Origin: the human T2T-CHM13v2.0 reference genome, Homo sapiens
Length of the DNA: 64,000 bases
NCBI RefSeq assembly: GCF_009914755.1
Contig: NC_060928.1
Strand: one strand, 5' to 3'
Both the position numbers and the translations under genes were made by a program. The notes below the pieces were generated by a model. The model was not told the origin of the DNA. It saw only the letters and a list, made by a program, of their open reading frames with translations, and searched no databases. How positions within the stretch are numbered: position 1 is the first letter of the stretch; every line of letters starts with the position of its first letter. Shown one piece after another: positions 53,442 to 64,000 of this stretch.

Positions 53442-54061
53442 TCCCATTTTCACTTCTATAAGGAATGTTAAAAAGTACAAATTGTTCCACATCCTTGCCA
53501 GCACATGGCAGTACCAGTGTCAGGGGTAGTATTTTTGGTATAAGTGTAATTGCATCTCATTAAGGGTTAAAAAGCAATTAATCCATATGTTAATTGTGTA
53601 CTGTATGCAACACATTGCTATGTATTGTATTACTTCTGTAAGGGTTTGCACTAATTAATGCAAAAATGAATTTTTATTTCTCTTATGACTAATGACAAGA
53701 ATATGTTCGTGAAACCATTTGTCATCCATATACATATTTAACTGTCAGTTCGAGTTTCTTGTTTATTTTTAAATGGAATTGTTTATTTTCTTATTATTGA
53801 GCCTTGAGATGTCAGTATATATTCTGGACATATGTCTTTTATTGTATATGTTTTTCACAAATATTTTCTTGTATTCTGTGGCTTGTCTTTTCACTCTGTT
53901 AATAGTGTCTTTTGAACCACAGGAGATTTTAATTTTAGTGAATTCCATTTATTTACTTTTAAGATAGTTGTTATTAGTTTTTTTATATAACAAGATATCT
54001 AATGCAGTTCAAGTTATTTTTTTACTTGGGGTATGATGTTAGATATGTCTTAGAGTTTGCA

Positions 54062-54092
54062 TGTGTGTGTGTGTGTGTGTATGTGTGTGTGT
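54062..54092. repeat. (TG)n microsatellite, interrupted
   Basis: Read directly. Confidence 0.9.
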
Positions 54093-54691
54093 CTACCGAT
54101 ACTTGAACGTTTTGGCTCTGTATGTTGAAAAGATTATTCTGTCTACATTAGCCATTAACTGGCAACAAATATGTGGTTCTAATTCTTGACTCCCAATTCC
54201 ACTCCATTGATCTCTATATGTTACTCTTGTATAAACTATTGTACACTTATAAGACATTTTGGAATCAGGTAGTATACAAACACAACATTATTCCTCATAT
54301 TCGAAATTATTTTTTGGTTATTGTAGGCCCTTGTTTTTGATATAAATTTTAGAACTATTTTGTCAATTTTTACAACAAAAATGTAGCTCTGATTGAATTG
54401 AACCTGCCTTGAATCTGTAAAGAATTTGGAAATAATTTACGATATTATAAGAGAGAATTGGAGAGAATTTTATGATATTGATTTTTACAATCAGGAACAA
54501 AGTATATCTCTCTACTTAGATATTTGATTTCTCACATCACTATTTTATATTTTGCATCATATAAATCTGGCATCTGTTTTGTAAAATTTATTTCAATGTA
54601 TTTGATGTGTTTTGATGCCATTACAAATGGTGCCATGTCAAATCTCTTTCTGATTATTTATTGCTAATATAGAGAAACATAATACAATATC

Positions 54692-54713
54692 ACACACACA
54701 CACACACACACAA
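54692..54713. repeat. (CA)11 microsatellite
   Basis: Read directly. Confidence 0.9.
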
Positions 54714-55478
54714 CAATACAACTGTGGGTCCCCTCTTTCCCAGAACCTTGTAACTTTGTGAATTTAGTTCTATTATGTTTTATTGCATCATCAGCCTACT
54801 TACAGTTAAACATTATATATATTTTTTACTGAATTCAAATATAAATATATGAATGAATATATAATTTATCTGTCTCTTTTTTATTCATAGGGTCAAAATA
54901 GTAGTTTCTTTTTTTCTAGACCAAAAGATTATACTTTGAAGCAAATATATCACCTATCACTTGAATATTATGTCAACACTTTAAAATTAAAGATTATTAG
55001 TTTATGTTTTTCCTCTGACTTTTTCCTCATCTCTTGGTTATCTAATATTTGGTCTCCATCTGATAATAAATTCTGGCAAAAAGCACTCATTGATAAGTTT
55101 TGTTAATGCTACTATTGGTACAAAGACAAGGCTACTGAAAAGGGAAAAAGAAAGAACTGCAAGATATGATTTATCACACAACCGATCCTGAGTGTTTAAT
55201 GTTGCATTTTGCCTGATTCATGTTACATTTTCACCCTTTTAATGTTAGTCTTTATATTAAATGCCACCAATATGCACAACATCCAATACACTAGTTTACT
55301 AATTGTAACTTCACTGAAGATGATTTCACCAATGAGGACTTAACAAGCATATTCAGGGTTATTGCTAAAATTCAAAGCATGAGGTCTAAGAAAAAGAGGA
55401 TTCAAATGAGGAAGGCTGACTCTGAGTTTAATGATGATAGACTTGAACTTTTTGGAATAATAAATAAGAATTTTGAGG

Positions 55479-56099
55479 TTTTGGGGCACAGAAAAACAAG
55501 ATTCCAAAAAATGGCACTTTGGTGTTGCTGAGTACTTTCGACTAAAGGGGATTGGAAGGCCTCAGAGGCAATGTGTCTCTTTGGTCTTCTCCAACCCTCC
55601 TGTCTCCCAAGTCTCCTTCTCCCCTGAAGCAGGTCACACAAACCGGAATTCTATTTCTGCGAGATGGGTCATAGAAAAGAACTCTTGTCCCTCAAAGCAA
55701 GCCATAAAACCTAGAAAGGTGGTTCTTCTCCTTCACCCTTGAAGACCCTCATTCTAGAGGGGTGCTACCCCATATGTGGGAGGAAGGAATGCCACACAAA
55801 ATGACCAAGAAGAATCTTAACAGACAGGCCTTGCTGGAGTTTCCCCCTCAGTCTACTAGATCATATCTTGTCCGATCACATTTCGACATGGCTGTTCATT
55901 CTTTATCAAACCTAAACATAAAAATTGCCAGGTTTTCCTGGACCTTTGGGTCTTCATTTCTGAAGGCTCTGTGTCACAAAAAAATTTTGATTATATAAAT
56001 CTATTATATTTGTCCTTGTTTACCTGCTTTTTGTTATAGGATTGTTGGCAGTTCCCCTTATGATGCTGAGGAAAGGCATCACACCTTTCCACCCCCACA
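55479..56099 (+). mobile_element. MER39B-like solo LTR (ERV1)
   Basis: TGGGGCACAGAAAAAC start, internal CCAAGAAGAATCTTAACAGACAGGCCTTGCTGG, GAGGAAAGGCATCACACCTTTCCACCCCCACA end. Confidence 0.78.
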
Positions 56100-56608
56100 A
56101 TGGTAAATGTTGTAAAACAAATTCTCTTCCTATCAGCAAGTGGTAGTTAAAGGGACAGCAAAGGAACTTGTACATAGAAAGAAACTAACTTTTATTTGAA
56201 GTCATTGATTATTCATTTATTTTACTATTTGCTAAAATTTATTATTCTTTCAGTTCTTAAAAATGTGTCATATTCTGAAATTTGCATTTATCATCCTGTG
56301 TATATATCTGTAAGATTATCATTAATATTAATTGCAGAATCCCATAATAGATCATCTTAGAACAAGTCTGAGAACTATTGAATTTTTAATTGTATATAGG
56401 CTAGCTTAGAAACAAAAATGATGGAATAGTAACAATGCTAACTTCAGAGACTTGCTGGATTGCTGTTATATTCTGAGATTCAAGTTAAAATGATCAAATG
56501 AAATCACTAGGACATCTTGCTCTTATAGGATACAATGTTTGCAATTTAAAACATCACTTTTTTCCCTAGCACTCCCATGTGTAAGAGAATCTATAATACA
56601 AGAATTGA

Positions 56609-56978
56609 GCTATGAAAAAGAATGAAATCATGTCCTTTGCAACAACATGGGTGCAGCTGGAGGCCATTATCCTAAGCGAATTAATGCCGGAAGAGAAAAC
56701 CAAATACCACATTTTCTCACATAAGTGGGAGCAAAACATTGAGGACACATGCACATGAAAATGAGAAAAATAGACATTGGAGAACACTAAAAGGAGAAGG
56801 GAGGGAGTGGGGCAAGGGTTGAGAAACTACCTATTGGGTGCTATGTTCTCTACTGGGGTAATGGGATCATTTTTACCCCAATCCTCAGTGTCACACAATA
56901 TACCATGCAACAAACCTGCACATGTATTACCTGAACCTGAAAGTTGAAATTTTTTTAAAAAATTAAAATAGTAAAAAT
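56609..56978 (+). mobile_element. L1PA16-like 3' fragment
   Basis: AAAAGAATGAAATCATGTCCTTTGCAACAACATGG...GGAGGCCATTATCCTAAGCGAATTAA...AACCTGCACATGTA. Confidence 0.88.
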
Positions 56979-57936
56979 AATTGGGACCAGACATTTTGTT
57001 TGCCATTACTCATTTTAGTTGATCATGATTCAATTATTGAGTAACTATATGATGTCTTCTTGGCTGCTACATAAAAGATACTCATTTAGGTATAAAACAA
57101 TTTATACTCAAAGTTCCTTTTAGCTTACTTGATTTCTCTCAATCTTCCTTAACCTACCTCTAGTGTACCACAAATTTCTGTCTACTTTAGCTTCTTAACA
57201 TATGTGACTTTTGATTGCTCATTGTGACCTTAATGGCTACCCAAAGTCACAATTAGCCTTGCCAGAATTTCATTAAATTCTTAGAGCCTCTTGCTTCTAT
57301 CCTTGGCCTTATACATTCTATTCTACTAGAGTCTCTGTCTCCACTCCTACTCTACCCCTTGAAGAAAAGCAGAGATTTGTTTTATTCGCTTCTTAAATCC
57401 TTGATACATAGAACAGTGCATAAGGAGTGTATGCGTAATAAATATTTGTTGAAAAGAATAAATGAAAGATTTCTGGTAGAGACTGAAAAAAAGGAAAAAA
57501 AAAACCCACACACGGAATTGAAAACTCATCAAACTATGCCTCCCATTTATACCCTAACATTAAAGAGCAGATCATCAATTATACCAATCACAAAACTATC
57601 TCAGTTTTAGCAACTGCAGTTTTTGGTGAGAGAATAAACTGACATAATATTAAGAGGGAAATGACACGTTTCAAATTTTATAGAGTGGCAGTAGATGTCT
57701 CTTTCTCATTGGCCAGGGCTACACTATTCAAGATCTACAGTATCACCTTTACCATTCACAGTTTTATATAAAAAAAGGCAAGGGATATGAACAGTGTGTC
57801 ACTTTTAGGATGAAGCTCTCAGCCATTTTCAGCTAGTGTTTCTTAAGAAAATTAAGCTTTAATATCCTAAGGCATCCATTGTATATAAAAATTATTAACT
57901 TGTCTCCTATACAGTTAGTGTGATATTAGTTACTAC

Positions 57937-58007
57937 TCAACCATGGGGGGAATTGAGAACATAGTCATGGAATCAAACGTGGGGTAATTGAGAACACAGT
58001 TATGGAA
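57937..58007. repeat. About 36-bp diverged tandem duplication
   Basis: TGGGG..AATTGAGAACA(T/C)AGT(C/T)ATGGAAT occurs twice. Confidence 0.85.
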
Positions 58008-58352
58008 TTCATCATCTCTTTTCTTTGTTTCAAATGAGAAACTCTAGTTGATAAAGGCCTGATGGAAGTGATAAATTATGTCATATCAACATTTATTGAA
58101 GCCTACTCATCTACTGGAAGAGCTGTATAAAAAGGTTCAACATGAAGTACCAGTTTCAAAGTTGGATTGGCATTTTATTGTAGAAAACCATTACATTACA
58201 GCTTGTAGCTGCCTTTCCACATTTTCCTTTTATAGACTGGGCTTTTTTTTTTTTTGACAAACACATTATTGTACAGAAAAGATCATAAGTATTTAAACCC
58301 CCTGCAGGCTTGCAGAAGACTTGCAATTTCTACTTGGCATAAAATTGCTCTC

Positions 58353-58396
58353 ATGCATGAGAATCACACCAATAATGCATGAGAATCACACCAATA
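58353..58396. repeat. Perfect 22-bp tandem duplication
   Basis: ATGCATGAGAATCACACCAATA x2. Confidence 0.97.
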
Positions 58397-60221
58397 TGTA
58401 TTTTCTGTAACTATATAAAATTTTATCATTGCAAATATTTTTCCTTAATTTACTTCTACAAATTTTCTCTTGTCTACGTGCTGCCTTTTAACAAGTCTCA
58501 GGAGAAGATAAATGCTGTTTGACTATCTACCATAATTGCCCCCTGGAACTGTGAATCATAAGAAATAAAAATTTTCACAGCATGTTTCTAGCAATTATTT
58601 AAAAATAGGTAAATCAGTATAGTTCAACTCTATTGTTATTTGTGTCAATAAGCACCCTAGAAGAAAAGTTTGAAACTGTACTTATGGTTTTATTGAAAAA
58701 AATAAAATTTATTAGGTAATTTGCAAAGGAGGAAATGTATAATATATTTACTTAATGAAACACACACATTCACACACACACACTCACATTTTCCTTTTTC
58801 AGAATTATTCAGCTTTCAATAATTAAATTATACTTAATAATACATCACAGAACAAAAATTTTATTTCTCCAGTAATGAATGTGCATGACCAAAGAATAAA
58901 TCAAAATAGTATTCTTTTAAATTTTAATAGACATGAAACATTCTAATGAACGCAAATACCAGATAACAAAGATCCTTAACCCAGCATACAAACAAAAAAT
59001 ATTAATTAGCAAGGCATGCAACATAATTATTGAGTGGAATTTCATCCAGTTATCAAAGGTACTAGTAGTCCTCTATAAATTAGTCAATTTCAGGAATTGT
59101 GTGGTTTCTTTTCCATTTTGTTTTATTTAAACCCCAGCATGATTTGACTATGCAACATATGTGACTTACCAGCTATTTCTTGTAGTTGCTCTCCTGTCTG
59201 GGCTGCTTTGATAAGAGTTAGTTCTTTTATTAATCATCCACCTCAAAACTCTTTTACTTTGAGATACCTCTTCTACTTAATTCACAATGGTGGTACATTT
59301 AAAATCTTTAACCTCATAACCCAAAGGAATTGGCTAACTACATAAAAAGTGACAGGCCCCAAGAAAAGGCTAGATTCTACTTTCTTTCTTGGCTTTTCCA
59401 TGCTGAGGAAATGGTCCTCTCATTTTAGCTTAGGAAAAGACACTCAGAGACCTAAACAAATGTGAAGCTAGACTGGACCCTATGCATGCTCCTTCTGAAT
59501 AGTGAGTGGTCTGCAAGCTCTGAATGGTTTTCCAAGGACAACCAATAAGTGACCTTGTGGGTTTGGTGACAGCCACAACTTGAGATTTTGGTGGAGAGAC
59601 GTGAGACCAGCAATTTGTTTAATGGTTTTAAGTTTATTTCAAAATGTTATTTTTTTTTCTGTAAATTTAACTCTGACAGAGTTCAAGAGGACAATTCTGA
59701 ACCATGGGAGTTGAAATAAGGAACATGTTTATGGTAAGATGTAGTGAAGGCCTTATCTAATATGTTAGAGAGACATTGTGTAATCACAATTGGTATTGGT
59801 TGATTTAGCGTATAGCAGTGAGTTACTGTCTTAATTCTGTTTTCTATCATTTAAAAGTTTAATATTAACATGAAAGATTTTAGCATATTTAGGAAAATCT
59901 TTTGTCATGCTTTGCTAATTTGATTAAGTACTATCTAGCAATGAACAATCCTATATTATGTTACTAATCTCTTTGGAATATAAGATAGAAGGCCATGGTA
60001 CTTAATGCATATCATTAATGAAAATACATGAAAAAAGTAAAAATAAAAATATTTTGCAAATCTGCATTTTATTGTCTTTCTTGTTTGTTAAACATACTAA
60101 ACATTACACCGAATATATTTTTTGAAACACAGTTTTCCCTTACAAAATAATTTTTGTGCCCCTTTTATTCTCACTCTGCTATTTCGCATAGTCATAATAC
60201 ATGATTACTTTGGCTTAAAAA

Positions 60222-60361
60222 TAGTCCTAGCTACTTGGGAGGCTGAGTTAGCAGGATAACTTGAGCCCAGGAGTTTGAGGCTGCAGTGAGCTATACAACC
60301 TGATTGTCACTGCACTTTAGCCTGAACAACAGAAAGAAACCCTGTCTCTAAATAAATAAAT
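60222..60361 (+). mobile_element. FRAM/AluJ right-arm fragment
   Basis: TAGTCCTAGCTACTTGGGAGGCTGAG...CTTGAGCCCAGGAGTTTGAGGCTGCAGTGAGCTA, (TAAA)n tail. Confidence 0.88.
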
Positions 60362-61721
60362 ACAAATTTAAATAGAGACTACTTAATATTTCATAAAAAG
60401 TAGTTCTGTAAATGTTTATATGACTGTCTTTTCTGTTTCATAAACTCCCTGGTCCAAACAAGCATAATTGAGAGAATATCTTTTTCTTTGTAGCTTAAAA
60501 ATAATTTAATTGTTTTCACTACATTAAAGATACATTTGCTATTTCTTTTAGTGGTAGACATCTAGATACCAAATCTAGTATTTCAATACTTCCTTTTCTT
60601 CAAATCAGCCTAATGAGGTTAAACAATATGCAATTTTATGTTCACTCCTCAAATATTTGAGATGTTTCTTATTAAATAGGTTTTTGTCCTATAGTTTTCA
60701 AAGCCAGAAAATAGAACAAACAATAAAATGACAGAAAAAGAATTCCATTCTTTATGGCAGTCATTTTCCTTTACATAAAGCTATATTTCAATCACAAATA
60801 AAGTGAATAGTCTGTTCCATATGATTTTCATATTCATGTAAAATTGACTATTCTTTCCTAGAGGCAAATGTGTTATGTATACACTATTTGCTGCATATCC
60901 CTGGAACCAATGTATTGTCAAGTTCCTGAGTGGTTTTATAACAGTTAAAATATTATATGCATTGAGTGTAACAACATTGTGACAACACTGTGACAAATGA
61001 AAAATTCCTTTTCTGTAGTTTCCAATTTTTGCTTTTCCCTGTAGAAAACCCTTCATCAAACTTTAGATTCTCTTAAGGGTAGTAATCTCTGGGTCTTATT
61101 GACTCCAAGGAGGATGCTGTTGTGCTGTCGTGCTCATCTTTTTGAGACAACAGGTACACAACCCTCCCCTGCCGCTGTTTCTAATGCAGTGTGGCGTGAT
61201 GGCAAGGGGGTTTTTCAGTGATGGTTAGCAGCCTAGTCATCAGAATCCTTCTCGTGGGGAGCTAAATAAATGAACAGCAGCAGTATTTAGACTTCCTGAG
61301 AGAAACTGGAAAACAGTGTACTGTAGAGACAGCAGTTAATCACATTCCTTGCCTGTGACTCCATTAAACAAAGTTGACTCATCTGTGTAATCTCAGAGTT
61401 ACCTTCCAGAGAGATTCTAGAAAGCTATTCAAGTCTTGGGGTTTTAAACAAGGTTCAAGGTGAAAAAAAGAGAGAATCAATATCCTGTGGAGATTTTAAA
61501 AATATATAATTTTTTAAATTGTTATCAAATGAATAAATGTTTCTTTTAATAATCATTCTTTTTAAAAGAAACACAAAAATGATGATCACAAAACTTCCTT
61601 AAAATAGAATTGAAAGTATAAATTTCATGGGACATAACATCTAATTATATCAATCAGGGAAATTGTAGAGTATTTTTCAAGAGGACCGTTATCTTGAACT
61701 CTACACTCACCCAAAGACTAC

Positions 61722-61910
61722 ATACATCCTCTAGAAGCTGGAGCTAAGGTAGTGACTTTGCCTCTAGAATCTCCAGAAAGAAACACAGCCCTACTGACAC
61801 ACTGATGAGCCCAGTGGGACCCATTCTGAACTACGCAATAGTATAATAATAAATGTGTTGTTTTAATCCACTGCTTTTGTTATAATTTGCTAGAGAAGTG
61901 ATAGAAAGGT
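61722..61910 (+). mobile_element. MLT1D/E 3' fragment
   Basis: CCTCTAGAAGCTGGA...CTCCAGAAAGAAACACAGCCCTACTGACAC...AATAAATGTGTTGTTTTAA. Confidence 0.7.
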
Positions 61911-62004
61911 GGTTTGTAATTTCTTTACTCTGTTATTAAATCATTACATCTTAGAATTGAAGAAAATAGGGTACATACAATACGACTAAAATAAAGATGA
62001 TGTG

Positions 62005-62220
62005 CGTGTATATATATATATGTGTATAAATATCAGTAATCTAAAATTATATACATGTGTATATACGTGTGTATATATATAAATGTCAGTAATTTAAAAA
62101 ATATGTGTATATAAATGTCAGTAATTTAAAAAATGTGCATCAATTATAAAATAATGATTATACGTGCCTGTATATATATATCAATGTCAGTAATTTAAAA
62201 ATATATGTGCATCAATTATT
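62005..62220. repeat. Irregular AT-rich minisatellite
   Basis: Four copies of AAT(G/A)TCAGTAAT(T/C)TAAAA separated by (TA)/(TG) runs of variable length. Confidence 0.85.
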
Positions 62221-62313
62221 AAACAATCTTATTTTATAAAAACTTTAATTCATTTAATATTACTACTTCATTATTCCTAAGAATTTTAAAATTTAATATG
62301 ATTCCCAGGATAA

Positions 62314-62679
<366 letters not shown>

Positions 62680-63134
62680 GCTTCCAGGTATTTTTTAAAG
62701 AGGTACAGTGGCACTTTATTGTTTCAGGTATTGTCACTTTTGAAGCGGAATTAGATAATACTAGCTAATGGCAACCTAGTTGCCTTATTTCTGTTTCCAT
62801 GAGAAACCCTCAGAGCTTTTAGGATGATGCATGGTTTACACATTTAATTCTCTAATATTCTCGCTTTCTGAAATTTTTATTGGTTGATTGATTTTTAAAG
62901 CAATATTTTTATTACTTTTAGTAACATTTTTATTATCCACTAATGTGATAATGTAGATACTGCCTGTTGAATATAGTAATATGATGAATTGTACTGTTAA
63001 AAAATAATACTAAAAAAAATCCCTGAACTCCAGAAACAATTTCTGTGGTCATCTATTTTAATTATTGCTAGATTGAATTTGCTTGCATTTCATTAAATAT
63101 TTTGTTTATATCTGTTTTTAAGTGGCCTGGAGCT

Positions 63135-63778
63135 AATAACGATATTAGCCAGCACTCATGTAGCATTGACTACATGCTATAACACTTATAACTCTCTTAC
63201 ATTTATGACTTCATTTGGCCTTCAGAACAGCCTTTAAGAAAGTATTCTATTTATACCTCTATTTTATAAATGAGGAGGCTGAGTGTCATGGATTCCATTG
63301 TGTCCTCCTCATATTTATATATTGAAGCTCTGGAACTCCTAGCATGATGGTTTTTGGAGTTGGGGCCTTGGGGAGATAATTAGGTTTAATGAATAATGAA
63401 TACCAAATGATGAATTAATGAATAGTAAAGTCATGAGGTTGGAGCCCTAATGATGGTATTAACATGAGGGCTCTCCCTCTGCCAGATGAAGACACAGCAA
63501 GAAGGAGGCCATCTGCAAGCCAAGAGGTGGGTCCTCACCGGAAGCTGACTATGCTTGCTACTCTGTTCTCAGCCTCAGCCTCCAGAACTGTGAGGAAACA
63601 AATCCCCGTTGGTTAGGCCACTCAGTTTATGATAATTTTTTATGGCAGTTTGGGCTCACGAATACAGTGAGAAACAAAAAAGAAAAATGACTTACCCAAT
63701 ATTACAGAGCAAATAAGTAATGAAGATAGATGGAATCCAGTCAGGTTGGCTCCAAGGCATTTACTATTAACCACTTTT
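63135..63778 (-). mobile_element. MIR split by MLT1A
   Basis: ATTTTATAAATGAGGAGGCTGAG before the LTR; ATGACTTACCCAATATTACAGAGC...GGAATCCAGTCAGGTTGGCTCCAAGG after it. Confidence 0.65.
63284..63666 (+). mobile_element. MLT1A-type solo LTR
   Basis: TG...CA ends, TSD CTGAG/GTGAG, internal GCCATCTGCAAGCCAAGAG and CAGCCTCCAGAACTGTGAG. Confidence 0.85.
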
Positions 63779-64000
63779 GGTGTCAAGATTGTGCTTACTT
63801 CAGAAAACACAATGGGAAGATTTCCATGTATTCCATGATCATGTAAGTATTTATAATACAAGGAAATTAACTGATTCCATAAAAAATCATAGTGCAGACT
63901 TTGGTGCTTTTTTTGCATTTCTTTTTTATAAACTATATTCTTCCCTGTATGTTGGTGAAACGTGTGATTTTTTTTTCTTTTCTTTATAAGTGAAGCATTT

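Larger units (their letters stand above)
51660..54690 (-). mobile_element. Old L1M (ME-like) fragment hosting a younger L1PA
   Basis: T-rich L1 antisense motifs TTTGAGATTTATCCATATTGTTGCA, TCCACATCCTTGCCAGCAC and ATTCTGTGGCTTGTCTTTTCACTC. Confidence 0.75.

Noticed and set aside
52574-53446. L1 ORF1/ORF2 coding sequence
   Set aside because: A fragment with in-frame stops (for example TAA at 52738-52740) and no promoter; not a functional CDS.

Overview
AT-rich, CpG-poor human genomic DNA, intronic or intergenic. A near-consensus AluYb8, a human-specific subfamily, at 17513-17857 fixes the species. I find no protein-coding gene, RNA gene or CpG island. The ORF track consists of chance ORFs and frames derived from Alu, L1 and LTR sequence. 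The window is a layered transposon graveyard: about a dozen Alus, many L1 fragments, MaLR/ERV LTRs (MER39, MST, THE1C, MLT1, MLT2), DNA transposons (MER20, MER58A, Tigger2a, MER63, MADE1), MIR and L2. I cannot support a new biological system here. The most unusual signals are local DNA-copying scars: a 119-bp chimeric insertion built from two upstream templates (26723-26841), a terminus-less 200-bp copy of a neighbouring THE1C LTR (35907-36108), a fold-back inverted duplication inside an L1 (40268-40386) and a perfected 16-bp hairpin in an MLT1B. There are also three 5'-inverted (twin-primed) L1s, one missing roughly 3 kb at its junction. Repeat subfamily names come from recalled consensus sequences, not from a search, and boundaries of old repeats are approximate.
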